Shown one piece after another: positions 18,722 through 28,162 of a stretch of 64,000 nt of DNA; the first letter of the stretch is position 1; the number at the start of each line of letters is the position of its first letter. The position numbers and the translations under genes were made by a program. This stretch comes from Nostoc sp. (GTDB lineage: Bacteria > Cyanobacteriota > Cyanobacteriia > Cyanobacteriales > Nostocaceae). Location: assembly GCA_036918135.1 (NCBI GenBank), contig JBALDB010000054.1:93423-157422 (forward strand). Direction: 5' to 3'. Under the pieces are notes generated by a model. It saw only the letters and a program-made list of their open reading frames with translations, was not told where the DNA came from and ran no database searches.

Positions 18722-19377
18722 TAAACTTTAGCTAAACGCTGTTCTTTAAAATAAGCAAATACAGACTTATCACCAATATCAGCAGGAATTGCTTGCACTG
18801 TCTTTCGCAGAGCAAATACTAAAAATAATATTGCCCAAATTCCTAATAAAATACTTTCCCACTGACTTGGTAAAACTCCTACCAAATGTCCTAACAAAAG
18901 TAGCGGTACTATTGGTGTTAAAACTTTGGTTTCCAGGCGATTAAAGCAAAAAGCTTCTTTAAAATAAATACCTGTTAGAGCAACGAAGATAAAACCAACT
19001 CCGAACAAGGTAATAGGCTGATTGTAAACAGCAACAGCCAAAGGTTGACTACTAGACAGTGCCAAGATTGCGGATGCGATAGTACCGATCGCCCAAAAAA
19101 CTTGCAACATTCGGTGTAGTAAGCTCATGTAGATGTGAATAGTAAATAAACTTACACCGAGAGCTAGAATAAAACAAGCATATAGAGGTGTCAGCGTACT
19201 TACAACACTTGGGCTATTGTTAAACAAAACCAAAGCGCTACCAATGGCAAAGCTGAGTGCAGCTATCATTAACCCAGCGCGGTAGATAATTACCCCAGTG
19301 CGATCGCTTTGGGTGATTGTAAATTCCCCAAAATGGCCTTGATAAACTTCTGGTACAGGTAGTGTTTGCATAGTCAT
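18721..19377 (-). CDS. DUF2301 integral membrane protein
   Basis: VYQGHFGEFTIT..DR.GV..YR, IHIY, FKEAFCF, DIGDKSVF. Confidence 0.85.
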   Translation of the reverse strand: MTMQTLPVPEVYQGHFGEFTITQSDRTGVIIYRAGLMIAALSFAIGSALVLFNNSPSVVSTLTPLYACFILALGVSLFTIHIYMSLLHRMLQVFWAIGTIASAILALSSSQPLAVAVYNQPITLFGVGFIFVALTGIYFKEAFCFNRLETKVLTPIVPLLLLGHLVGVLPSQWESILLGIWAILFLVFALRKTVQAIPADIGDKSVFAYFKEQRLAKV

Positions 19378-19602
19378 AGTTAAAGAATATAATTATTGAT
19401 TCGTTAATCGAGTGGTAGAGTAAATTGCTCAGTGGTTACTTTTATTATTATGGGCAATGAGACGAATTTCATGTAAGTATTTCTCAAAGTATGCTTTAGG
19501 ATATATGAATAATTAGATTTTTGAATCTAATCAAAAGCGGGCGATGGGATGTGTTGGTGGTTGAGCATTGAGAGTCAGTTGGTTCAACTCTTAGAACCAT
19601 CA

Positions 19603-19718
19603 AAGCAGCGAGCGGTACTAGTGTGCCTTCTCAGTCACGCATTTAAAAATCAAAAAGCTTATAGGGTAGACTTTTTAGCGATTTGGAATGGGTGGTTTAT
19701 TTTTGCCGTACTGTACTA
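19603..19718. repeat. Degenerate MITE/SDR-like relic
   Basis: Ends GCGGTACTAG and ...GGAATGGGTGGTTTATTTTTGCCGTACTGTACTA resemble dispersed Nostoc repeats as I recall them; single copy in this window. Confidence 0.35.
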
Positions 19719-19761
19719 ACTACTGTTAACCGTCAACAGTTAACAAATAGTTCTAGTTTTG

Positions 19762-20607
19762 TCAGAAAAACAAGACTTGTAGCGCACCTTCTAAATTAAG
19801 CTGTAACTGGGAGTGAGCATTGCCGCTATTGATGGCAATTTCTACCCAGCCGTGACTGCCAACTAAAGCGATCGCTTCTCCCAGTTTGACATTACTATAA
19901 GTTTCACACCCTGGTATACTCAATCCAGCAGCTTGCACGCACCAGGTTTTACCTTCAACGTAACTTCTAGGAATGTTGCTGACTAAGTTGCCAAAGCGAT
20001 CGATATATTGAATGCAACCCAATACACCAGTTGTTGTCTGCTTGCATTCTTCAATATCCAGCTTGACTAAACTGGCTTTGTCGATTTCTTGTCCTAGTTG
20101 TTTGAGGGGGACACCACTGGCAAGATTAGCTCCCACTGGTGCAAAAATATCCCTACCGTGAAAAGTCTTGCTTGGTTGAGCAGTTCTCCAATAATTAAGA
20201 TTTGTGAGTTCCACAGCTCTAATCGCCGGACTTTGACTTAATACTCCGCTGAAAATGCCATTATCTGGCCCCACAAGAAACCCTTGAGCAAATTCTACTG
20301 CGATCGCTCGTCGTCTGCTGCCCACACCTGGATCTACCACCGCTACATGCACCGTCCCAACTGGGAAATAGGGGTAAGCATTCATCAGCGAAAACCTAGC
20401 TGCGGCTATGTCTTGCGGCGGAATTTGGTGCGTTAAATCTACCACCGTGATTTGAGAGTTAATTTGGGCTATGACTCCTTTCATCACGCCTACATAGACA
20501 TCGCGATCGCCAAAATCGCTCAGCAAAGTCACCACTGGTTGTTGACCGATCCAGTCTTTAGACATAATTTTACTAAAAATATAATAAAATAAAAATTTCT
20601 GTAGCAA
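19762..20607 (-). CDS. SAM hydroxide adenosyltransferase (DUF62; chlorinase/fluorinase superfamily); true start probably near 20565
   Basis: TLLSDFG..D.YVGVMKGVI, DLTH.IPPQDI, VVDPGVGS.RR, GPDNG, TFHGRDIFAP, IDRFGN, EIAIN.G. Confidence 0.9.
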   Translation of the reverse strand: MLQKFLFYYIFSKIMSKDWIGQQPVVTLLSDFGDRDVYVGVMKGVIAQINSQITVVDLTHQIPPQDIAAARFSLMNAYPYFPVGTVHVAVVDPGVGSRRRAIAVEFAQGFLVGPDNGIFSGVLSQSPAIRAVELTNLNYWRTAQPSKTFHGRDIFAPVGANLASGVPLKQLGQEIDKASLVKLDIEECKQTTTGVLGCIQYIDRFGNLVSNIPRSYVEGKTWCVQAAGLSIPGCETYSNVKLGEAIALVGSHGWVEIAINSGNAHSQLQLNLEGALQVLFF

Positions 20608-20615
20608 CAGCTACA
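20600..20615 (+). promoter_or_regulatory. NtcA binding site in the pirA promoter
   Basis: TGTAGCAACAGCTACA is a perfect GTA-N8-TAC, about 11 bp upstream of a TGnTATGTT -10-like element. Confidence 0.8.
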
Positions 20616-20674
20616 AAAAATGTGTTATGTTAAGAATACAAGATATAAATTCAAAAACTAAAGAGGTAATTCCT

Positions 20675-20827
20675 ATGAATCAAGGTAGACTACAGGCTGC
20701 TAGAAAAGCACGAGAAGCTCACAGAGAGAATATTCAAAAAAGCCTAGAGCATCGCTTGCAAGTAGCCAGAGTCAAAGGTGACGAACAGCTGATTCGTCAA
20801 CTAGAAGCTGAGATGAAGTATTACTAG
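20675..20827 (+). CDS. pirA: PirA (PII-interacting regulator of arginine synthesis, Ssr0692 family), 50 aa
   Basis: MNQGRLQAARKAREAHRENIQKSLEHRLQVARVKGDEQLIRQLEAEMKYY; GAGG RBS about 8 nt before the ATG at 20675; NtcA box upstream and terminator downstream. Confidence 0.85.
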   Translation: MNQGRLQAARKAREAHRENIQKSLEHRLQVARVKGDEQLIRQLEAEMKYY

Positions 20828-20864
20828 CTAAATCAAGTTTTCACTGTTCATAGTTTTGTTGTGT

Positions 20865-20888
20865 AACCCCGCTACGGCGGGTTTTTTT
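20865..20888 (+). terminator. Rho-independent terminator of pirA
   Basis: CCCGC-TACG-GCGGG stem-loop followed by a T7 tract. Confidence 0.8.
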
Positions 20889-20975
20889 GTCTTCAGGGGG
20901 TATTCTAAGTAATAGTACCAATCTTTATCGCAAATTAATCGACTGTAAGGGTGTACACTTGTACCCCAGATTTCT

Positions 20976-21560
20976 CTACCAAACTTTACTCATATTTAAA
21001 ATAAAACCAGGCAATATGGGATTGCCACTAACAGTCGCAGGATTATCCAAACATTCCTCTGATAATCCAGGACGATAAATATAGACTTGACGCGGTTTAC
21101 GGTCAATCAACCAGCCTAACTGTATTCCTGGCTCATTCATATATTCCTCCATTTTTTCTTTCAAAGTTTGGAGGTTGTCGCTGGGAGATTTGAGTTCGAC
21201 TACAAAATCTGGACAAATAGGAGCAAATTTTTCTTGTTGTTTTGCAGACAGAGAATTCCACCGTTCTAGTTTAATCCAGGAAGCATCTGGAGAGCGTTCT
21301 GCACCTGTTGATAATTTAAATCCGGTACTAGAGCTAAAAGTTATACCTGTACCATTTTGTTCTGACCACACCCATAGCTGTCCTGAGATATTAACTTCTC
21401 GATTTCCTGTCTCTGAACCAGTAGGAGGCATAATTACCAATTCTCCAAATTTATTGCGCTCAATGCGTAAATCACGATTCACTTGACAGAACTCAAAAAA
21501 TTGTTCGTCTGTCATTTGCATTGATGACGGAATTTGCAAAACTAAAGGGGATGAAAACAT
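20976..21560 (-). CDS. Uma2 family endonuclease-like protein
   Basis: MTDEQFFEFCQ.NRDLRIER, FSSSTGF, SPDASW, CPDFVVELKSPSD, LGWLID. Confidence 0.9.
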   Translation of the reverse strand: MFSSPLVLQIPSSMQMTDEQFFEFCQVNRDLRIERNKFGELVIMPPTGSETGNREVNISGQLWVWSEQNGTGITFSSSTGFKLSTGAERSPDASWIKLERWNSLSAKQQEKFAPICPDFVVELKSPSDNLQTLKEKMEEYMNEPGIQLGWLIDRKPRQVYIYRPGLSEECLDNPATVSGNPILPGFILNMSKVW

Positions 21561-21677
21561 GGAAATTTCCTCCAGGTTCGGACGCTTAGCCCAGTGACTT
21601 TATTTTTACGCAAAGAAACAAAGACGCCAAGATATAACTTTGCGCCTTTGCTTTTTTATCCGAAATCATTTTTAGAT

Positions 21678-22316
21678 TTACTTGTTCGGCTGAGGAGTTA
21701 ACCGCAGATAGGGTTTGACTTCCTCGTAACCTTTGGGGAATTTCTCTTTGAGGACTTCTGGATCTTTGAGTGAGGGGACAATTACAACATCCTCTCCATC
21801 TTTCCAGTCAGCTGGTGTCGCCACGCTGTAGTTATCAGTCAATTGCAGAGAATCAATCACCCGCAAAAGTTCGTCAAAGTTGCGTCCCGTGCTGGGGGGG
21901 TAGGTGAAAGTGAGACGGAGTTTTTTGTTGGGGTCAATTACGAAAACCGATCGCACTGTCACAGCTGCGTTGGCGTTGGGATGGATCATATCATAAAGGT
22001 CAGAAACCTTGCGGTCTTGATCTGCCAAAATTGGGTAATTAAGAGTGGTGCTTTGAGTTTCTTCAATATCTCCCACCCAACCATTGTGTGATTCAACATT
22101 ATCAACGCTAAGTGCGATCGCTTTAACATTGCGCTTGTCAAATTCTGGTTTGAGCTTGGCAACTGTGCCGAGTTCTGTTGTACAAACAGGTGTAAAATCA
22201 GCAGGATGAGAGAACAGCACAACCCAGCTGTCACCTGCCCATTCGTAAAAATCGATGTCGCCGTCTGTTGAGGCTTGCTTAAAGTTGGGTACTGTATCAC
22301 CTAAACGGAGAGCCAT
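21678..22316 (-). CDS. 1-Cys peroxiredoxin (Prx6 type)
   Basis: Start MALRLGD at 22316; FSHPADFTPVCTTEL, YPPSTGRNFDE, TPADWK. Confidence 0.95.
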   Translation of the reverse strand: MALRLGDTVPNFKQASTDGDIDFYEWAGDSWVVLFSHPADFTPVCTTELGTVAKLKPEFDKRNVKAIALSVDNVESHNGWVGDIEETQSTTLNYPILADQDRKVSDLYDMIHPNANAAVTVRSVFVIDPNKKLRLTFTYPPSTGRNFDELLRVIDSLQLTDNYSVATPADWKDGEDVVIVPSLKDPEVLKEKFPKGYEEVKPYLRLTPQPNK

Positions 22317-22504
22317 GTAAAATTCCCTGTAGTTAGAAAAGCATAAGTGTTCTACTTTGCCATCATGACACAAAACCCCTATTCCCCAATCGGGCTTTAG
22401 CGGTTTGAAACAAAATTTTAGGTTGTCAGCACTCCCGCATCAGGTACGAGGAGAAGGTCAAGATTAGTAAAAGAAATTAGGAATTAGCAATTGGGGATTG
22501 GAAT

Positions 22505-22628
22505 TACAGCAGTTTGCAATTAAGTGAGATACAAAAGCAAGGACTCAAAAATTAAATTGTTCTTCTGCCTCCTGCCTCCTGCCTCAAAACCAGTGACTTT
22601 GTACTTCATCCAAACGAAAACTACTGTA
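22505..22628 (+). repeat. MITE-like dispersed repeat, family A, with TACAGCAGTTT...AAACT(A/G)CTGTA termini and an internal CTGCCTC heptamer array
   Basis: Terminal inverted repeats; related copies at 47631-47764, 45275-45373 and 54869-54974. Confidence 0.75.
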
Positions 22629-22705
22629 AGTATTAGCTATTAGGTATTGGTAAGAATTCTCTCCCCAATCCCCATCCCCCACTCCTCACTCCCTAGCCCC
22701 TTTTA

Positions 22706-23422
22706 GTGACGATGATAGTAATACTTTTGCTTGTTGGTGTTATTCTCAGCACAACTGCGAGTTTTGTTTTTGGAATTCCGTGGTTGATGCCGATTTTCGG
22801 TGCTGCTATACCCTATCCTATTTTCTTTTTAGAAGTGCGTCGTCAACAATATAGAAGTGCTTTTTGGTGGATGCTACTTTGGGGAGTGTTACAGAGTACT
22901 GCTGTAATTGTAGCAACGGCGATCGCCCCCCAAAAAGCAGCAAAAGTCATCCTCCGTGGACAGTCATACACTATAGAAATGTTGCATTGGATTCGCACGG
23001 GAGAAGGTACAGAAGGTTCGCTAAGTTTATTTTTACCAGATCATTTATTGCAGTACGGAATTTTTTGTATCCTCTGCGTCGTTACCTTAAGTAGCGTGGC
23101 ATCGATCTTTGGTACTTGGATGCTAAATTATATGAATTTTTATGTTGCACAATTGGTAAAACTGAGTGCTAAACCTTGGCTAGCAGCTATTTTAGGGTGG
23201 TATCCTTGGTCAATTCTGCGGATAATTGGGTTTATTGCAACGGGAGTGGCTTTAGCTGCATTAGGATTAAATCTATTAACTCGCATCAGAGGCGAAGTTC
23301 CTAAATCCGCATTTCCTAAATTTTATATGTTAATTGGGATTGGTTTTGTGATTGCGGATATTGTTGTGAAAGCAGTTCTAGCGCCTATTTGGCAAAAAAT
23401 GCTGTTGTCTGCGTTGGGTTAA
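22706..23422 (+). CDS. Conserved multi-pass membrane protein, function unknown
   Basis: 238-aa ORF with about 6-7 hydrophobic segments; converges on hpsP with a 4-bp overlap. Confidence 0.75.
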   Translation: MTMIVILLLVGVILSTTASFVFGIPWLMPIFGAAIPYPIFFLEVRRQQYRSAFWWMLLWGVLQSTAVIVATAIAPQKAAKVILRGQSYTIEMLHWIRTGEGTEGSLSLFLPDHLLQYGIFCILCVVTLSSVASIFGTWMLNYMNFYVAQLVKLSAKPWLAAILGWYPWSILRIIGFIATGVALAALGLNLLTRIRGEVPKSAFPKFYMLIGIGFVIADIVVKAVLAPIWQKMLLSALG

Positions 23423-24618
23423 ATTAATTGGTTTGCCAGAATTTCCTGGTAGGCTTGGATTGTTTGCTTGGCGATCGCATCCCAGCTAAAATTTACATAA
23501 GCATATTTATGAGCGTTTAATCCTCGTCGTTGGCGTTCTGCGGGATTTTCCAAAGCTGCTTGTAGTAATTCTACCAGTGCTTCAACTTCTGTTGTACCCA
23601 CCCAACCCGACTCACTATCACGTATTTGTTGACAAATATGCACTTGGTCGGAAATGACTACGGGTATTCCTGCTACCATCGCTTCAGCTACAGCAATGCC
23701 AAAATTTTCATAGTAGGAAGGTAAGACAAATAAATCAGCAGCTTGTAGTAAACTAGCTTTTAATTCACCAGTCACAAAGCCAGTTATTGTAGTGTGCGAT
23801 CGTAGTGGTGAATTTTGAATTTGGGATATTATCTTTTGCTCGTAATCTGGATCTTGAGGATTTGTCCCAGCTAAAACAAAATGAAACTGATAACCAACCG
23901 TTAACAATTTTTCTAGCGCCGGAATCAACAAATTTAATCCCTTTTTTGGGTCAATTCGTGACATAAATAGCACTAACGGTATATTAGCAGAAATATTGAA
24001 TTGCTGACGCACAATATTCTCTCCCTGTTCCTCTCTTCCTCTGTTTTCTTTCACACCCAAAGGAATTACCAAATCTGGCGTCGAAACTCCAAATCTTTCT
24101 GATATTTTAGCTTCTTGATCGCTAGTAAAATGAATCGCTGCCGCACCAGCTAAATTTTGACGTTCGATAATTGCCACATAAAGCTGTTTTAATTGCTTTT
24201 TTTTGCGTAAATCAGCCGGATCGAGAGTACCCAAGGGACGCAAAATATAAGGTAATTTTTGCTGGCGACAGACAATAGCCGCAGCGCTACTTATGGGTGA
24301 GAATAAAGCATGAATATGTGCTACGTCAAACTCGCAAGCATGACGTTTTAGCCATTTTACTAAATCTAGAGAAAATTTGTAACGACGAAATGGGGCACAA
24401 CGAAAGTAAACTATTTCATAACCATCTTGTTTGATTGGGCGATTTAAAGGAACATCTAAGGGAATTTGACCACTATCACCATTACTATTAGTTGTAAGAA
24501 TTGTAACTTCCACTCCCTCTTTTCCCAAAGCTGGAGCTAATCCTAATACCATTTGACTAGGGCCTCCGTAAATCAGAGAAATTGAGGGGACAATTTGTAA
24601 TATTTTCATCTTTTTCAT
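23419..24618 (-). CDS. hpsP: GT4 glycosyltransferase, hormogonium polysaccharide HpsP-like
   Basis: MKILQIVPSISLIYGGPSQMV, SRIDPKKG, LPSYYENFG.AVAEAM; last gene of the hpsL-P-like run. Confidence 0.8.
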   Translation of the reverse strand: MKKMKILQIVPSISLIYGGPSQMVLGLAPALGKEGVEVTILTTNSNGDSGQIPLDVPLNRPIKQDGYEIVYFRCAPFRRYKFSLDLVKWLKRHACEFDVAHIHALFSPISSAAAIVCRQQKLPYILRPLGTLDPADLRKKKQLKQLYVAIIERQNLAGAAAIHFTSDQEAKISERFGVSTPDLVIPLGVKENRGREEQGENIVRQQFNISANIPLVLFMSRIDPKKGLNLLIPALEKLLTVGYQFHFVLAGTNPQDPDYEQKIISQIQNSPLRSHTTITGFVTGELKASLLQAADLFVLPSYYENFGIAVAEAMVAGIPVVISDQVHICQQIRDSESGWVGTTEVEALVELLQAALENPAERQRRGLNAHKYAYVNFSWDAIAKQTIQAYQEILANQLI

Positions 24619-24670
24619 TTATCATCTGTCATTTGTCTTTTGTCATTTGTTATTCACTAATGACCAATGA

Positions 24671-25846
24671 CTAATGACTATTGACTAACTCTTGATAAAA
24701 GTCCAATTGCTGCTTAGCTAAAGCTTTATTCGTGTATTGAATCATTGCTTTGTGATAACCCATTTCACCAAGAGTGTGAGCAAAATCCGGTTTTTCCATT
24801 AATTGAAGCAAGCAATTAGCAAGTGCTTGGCTATCACCTTCAGGAAAAATTAAACCAGCGTCACCAATTACATAGGGAATTTCACCAGAATCAGAACCAA
24901 TCACAGGCACTTGACAAGCCATTGCCTCAATTAGCACATGACCAAATTGTTCTTTCCAACCAACAGATGTTAAGGTTTTAAATTTGTAAGTTGTTTCTGA
25001 AGGTAGTACCAAAGTACTCATTAAATTGATATAGTTCGTCACCCGATCATGGGAGACGCTTTCTACCAAAATTAACCGTTCTTTAATATTATTTTCTGTT
25101 GCTATTTTGATTAGTTCTCCTTGTAATTCTCCTCGCCCCAACAAAAGTAATTTCCAGGGTTGATTTGTTAAACTTACTAAAGCTTTTAAAAGCGTTAATA
25201 AACCCTTTTCTGGAACAAAACGCCCAACAAAACCCACTACAAATTCTTCTTTTTTAATGCCTAAACTAGCTGCTAATTCTGGTTGTACTTTGGGAGTAAA
25301 TAAACGTTCATCTATGCCCAATTGCGGCATAACTTTGATTGCTCCTTGATATCCCCGTTGTCGTAAAACTTCTGCTCCATCTTGATTGCCAGAAATAATC
25401 CCGTGGCTATGGTTGAGGTTATATTTTTCTAATAAAGCAACTGGTAATTTTAACTCATAGGGTAAATTCCACCAGGTAAAAAACATATTTTTGGCCTTGA
25501 GTCCTAAAAGTTTATTCAAAGCAATCATTTGAGTGTAAGCCAATCCTCTAGACCCTTGTTCTACCTGGATGATTTGGGGGCGAAATTGTTTTAATAAAGA
25601 TATTAAATCAGTACCAAAGGTCAGGAGTCCCTGATGATTTTGACTGAAGTTAGAAACAGGAACTATTTTAAATGAGCCTTCATCACGGTATTCAGTTTCA
25701 ATGATTTTGTTTTGCACACCACCAGGATTCCAGCGCTTTGGAACTACAACTGTTACTTCAATGTCAGGTTCTAGTTGAGATAAAGCGCGTAATTTTTCAC
25801 AGTTGAGGTCTACAATATAAGTGTGACTAGCAACTAAAATTTTCAT
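24671..25846 (-). CDS. hpsO: GT4 glycosyltransferase, HpsO-like
   Basis: MKILVASHTYIVDLNCEKL, GRFVPEKG, WKEQFGHVLIEAMAC. Confidence 0.8.
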   Translation of the reverse strand: MKILVASHTYIVDLNCEKLRALSQLEPDIEVTVVVPKRWNPGGVQNKIIETEYRDEGSFKIVPVSNFSQNHQGLLTFGTDLISLLKQFRPQIIQVEQGSRGLAYTQMIALNKLLGLKAKNMFFTWWNLPYELKLPVALLEKYNLNHSHGIISGNQDGAEVLRQRGYQGAIKVMPQLGIDERLFTPKVQPELAASLGIKKEEFVVGFVGRFVPEKGLLTLLKALVSLTNQPWKLLLLGRGELQGELIKIATENNIKERLILVESVSHDRVTNYINLMSTLVLPSETTYKFKTLTSVGWKEQFGHVLIEAMACQVPVIGSDSGEIPYVIGDAGLIFPEGDSQALANCLLQLMEKPDFAHTLGEMGYHKAMIQYTNKALAKQQLDFYQELVNSH

Positions 25847-25910
25847 TATTATTTGTTATTTGTCATTGGTCATTAGTTATTTTTACCCTCATCTGTCTAA
25901 TGCTCAATGC

Positions 25911-26891
25911 TTATACTTTTTGATCCAAACGAGTGTAAATTTGACCATCATTCCATATTGATTGGATGACAGTACCCAAGGCTTTGAAAAAGCCCAAAGT
26001 GTAAAAAATACCGCGACTGATAATTTTGATTGGGGAACCGCTTTTATGGCAAGGTGGGCGTCCCAAGACGTGACAATCAAATAAACGGGCGTATAGGCGT
26101 AAAGCTTGAGTAACAGTGAGGTTTTTTAGCCCCAGTAAGAAATGGTTGTGGTAAAAGGTGAGTTGATATTTGAGCGATCGCATACTAATATCATGACAAC
26201 CACCCGTCTCTTCGCCTAAATGCACTAAATGAGCTTCTGGGTCGTACCAAATCTTATATCCCGTTTCTCGCACCCGCAAACAAAAATCTGATTCTTCGCG
26301 CACAGCACTACCGCGAAACCTCTCATCAAAACTCAGTCCATGCTTGGTAAAAATTTCGCGGCGAAAAGACATATTACAACCCCTTGCTGTTAGTACTTGC
26401 TGGGGTTTGATCGTATGTACTAAATCAATATGATACCAAGCAATTCCTGGATCCATAGCTTCGGGAGGCAAATATTCAATCTCTAAATCTCCTCCAGAAT
26501 CACCCAATTTCATTCTGTCAAATACCCGTCCAGCAACAGCCCCCACCTCTTGATTTTGCAAATAATTTTTTACATGGGCTGTTAACAATCCAGGTGTTAG
26601 CTGAACATCATCATCAATAAATAATATTATTTCACCAGATGACCGCCGTACAGCATAATTCCGCGCCCCTGGCAAACTCGCCCAATCTAACTGCAACCAT
26701 TTAATTTTACCTGCCGTCGCCATTTCTTCTAGGTAGGCTTGAATTTCTAGTTGGTGTTTTGCAGTTTGATCTACTACTAAAACTTCAAAATTTGGATAGT
26801 CCTGTTTGAGGACATCTACAATGCTATCCCGTAGCGGTTCCTCCCGACCGTATGTCGGGATAACTACGGTAATTAAAGGCCAATTATTCAT
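25911..26891 (-). CDS. hpsN: GT2 glycosyltransferase, HpsN-like
   Basis: VVIPTYGRE, VVDQT, LPGARN, FIDDD, GCNMSFRR, VREESDFC. Confidence 0.8.
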   Translation of the reverse strand: MNNWPLITVVIPTYGREEPLRDSIVDVLKQDYPNFEVLVVDQTAKHQLEIQAYLEEMATAGKIKWLQLDWASLPGARNYAVRRSSGEIILFIDDDVQLTPGLLTAHVKNYLQNQEVGAVAGRVFDRMKLGDSGGDLEIEYLPPEAMDPGIAWYHIDLVHTIKPQQVLTARGCNMSFRREIFTKHGLSFDERFRGSAVREESDFCLRVRETGYKIWYDPEAHLVHLGEETGGCHDISMRSLKYQLTFYHNHFLLGLKNLTVTQALRLYARLFDCHVLGRPPCHKSGSPIKIISRGIFYTLGFFKALGTVIQSIWNDGQIYTRLDQKV

Positions 26892-26987
26892 AATTTTTAT
26901 TAAGTAATTTTACTATTTTAATAGTCATTTGTCATTGGTCATTAGTCATTAGTTTTTTTGCGTTCCTGCGTCTACCCATCTCCCCAG

Positions 26988-28151
26988 CTATTTTATACCT
27001 GCCGTTGCTCCTGCATATAAATTATCAAATAACTCATTTTGCTTTTGGGAATTATGCACAATTTGCGCTTGAGCTAATGCTCCGGCACTTAAAAATTCAT
27101 AATGTTCTTGTTTATCACTTCTCTCAAGAAATTGCATGATTTGTTGTAATGCTTGCTCTGCCAAATAGTCGTAGGTGCTATTGACAATTTCCCAATATTC
27201 ATCGGTTTTGGTTTTTTCTCCGTGCAGCCAATTAGCCCAGTGCCTAATGTCGTTAATTGGTAATTCTAAAATATAGCCATTTTCGTTATGACGAATGAAT
27301 TCTGGTAAGGCACATACATTTGTTGTAATTGCTGGAGTGGCAACGGAAAAACCTTCGATGATACTATAGCCATAAGTATCATGTAATGTAGGCATTAATT
27401 GAAAATGACTCTCGGATAGTAACTCAATAACTTTCTCATTAGGAAGATTTTTATGGAAGACAACGTTATTTAAATTGAGTAGTTTTAAATCTGCTAGATA
27501 TTTACTGCGATCGGGGAAATCAGTCGGGACTCCTGAACCATGTCCTAGTTCTGAAACGATATGTATAGTGATAGGTAAAGCTAATTTTTCAGCTTTTTTC
27601 GCTAGTCTTAAAGCAACAATTCCACCTTTGCGGGCAACGTGGTTTCCAATAAATATAAGCTGGAGATTTTGGTCTTCCTGATAAAGTTTTGATTGGTTAG
27701 TCCTGACTGGAAAGTTTGGATGAATCACATCCACTTTCTGATTTACCTTTTCTTCTATATTCCAACCTTGTATTCGCTTAGTTAATCTCAACTTAGCATA
27801 ATCAGAAATAGCGATAATTTTTTGACAATTTTCTTGTGCTAAGCGATTATTTAATAATTCATAAATTGCTGCTTCACCTTGATTTTTTGGATTTCTATAT
27901 AAAACACGATGATCCTCAAAGGTAAGAAACCAAGGTTTATTTGTATAAAGAATTCTGTTGAAAGAATGAATAGCTTGATATCTTCCCCATAAAGGTTGCC
28001 AGGGAATAAAGCTAGCTAAAGGATACCAAATTTTTTCTATGGGATATCTGCCCGCAGGAAAAGGCTTAGGACGAATGAGTGTGTGGCGAGAATTACGAGG
28101 TAGGTTAGGAATGCTGAGGTGTTTTTGACCTCCTATAATAACTTTTACCAT
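26988..28151 (-). CDS. GT4 glycosyltransferase in the hpsM position
   Basis: FIGNHVARKGG, MPTLHDTYGYSIIEGF..ATPAITT...ALPE GT-B C-terminal motifs. Confidence 0.8.
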   Translation of the reverse strand: MVKVIIGGQKHLSIPNLPRNSRHTLIRPKPFPAGRYPIEKIWYPLASFIPWQPLWGRYQAIHSFNRILYTNKPWFLTFEDHRVLYRNPKNQGEAAIYELLNNRLAQENCQKIIAISDYAKLRLTKRIQGWNIEEKVNQKVDVIHPNFPVRTNQSKLYQEDQNLQLIFIGNHVARKGGIVALRLAKKAEKLALPITIHIVSELGHGSGVPTDFPDRSKYLADLKLLNLNNVVFHKNLPNEKVIELLSESHFQLMPTLHDTYGYSIIEGFSVATPAITTNVCALPEFIRHNENGYILELPINDIRHWANWLHGEKTKTDEYWEIVNSTYDYLAEQALQQIMQFLERSDKQEHYEFLSAGALAQAQIVHNSQKQNELFDNLYAGATAGIK

Positions 28152-28162
28152 TTTGATTGCAT

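Noticed and set aside
19762..20607. SAM-dependent halogenase / natural-product gene
   Set aside because: No biosynthetic context; the widespread DUF62 SAM hydrolase is the simpler call. Halide specificity cannot be shown by eye.
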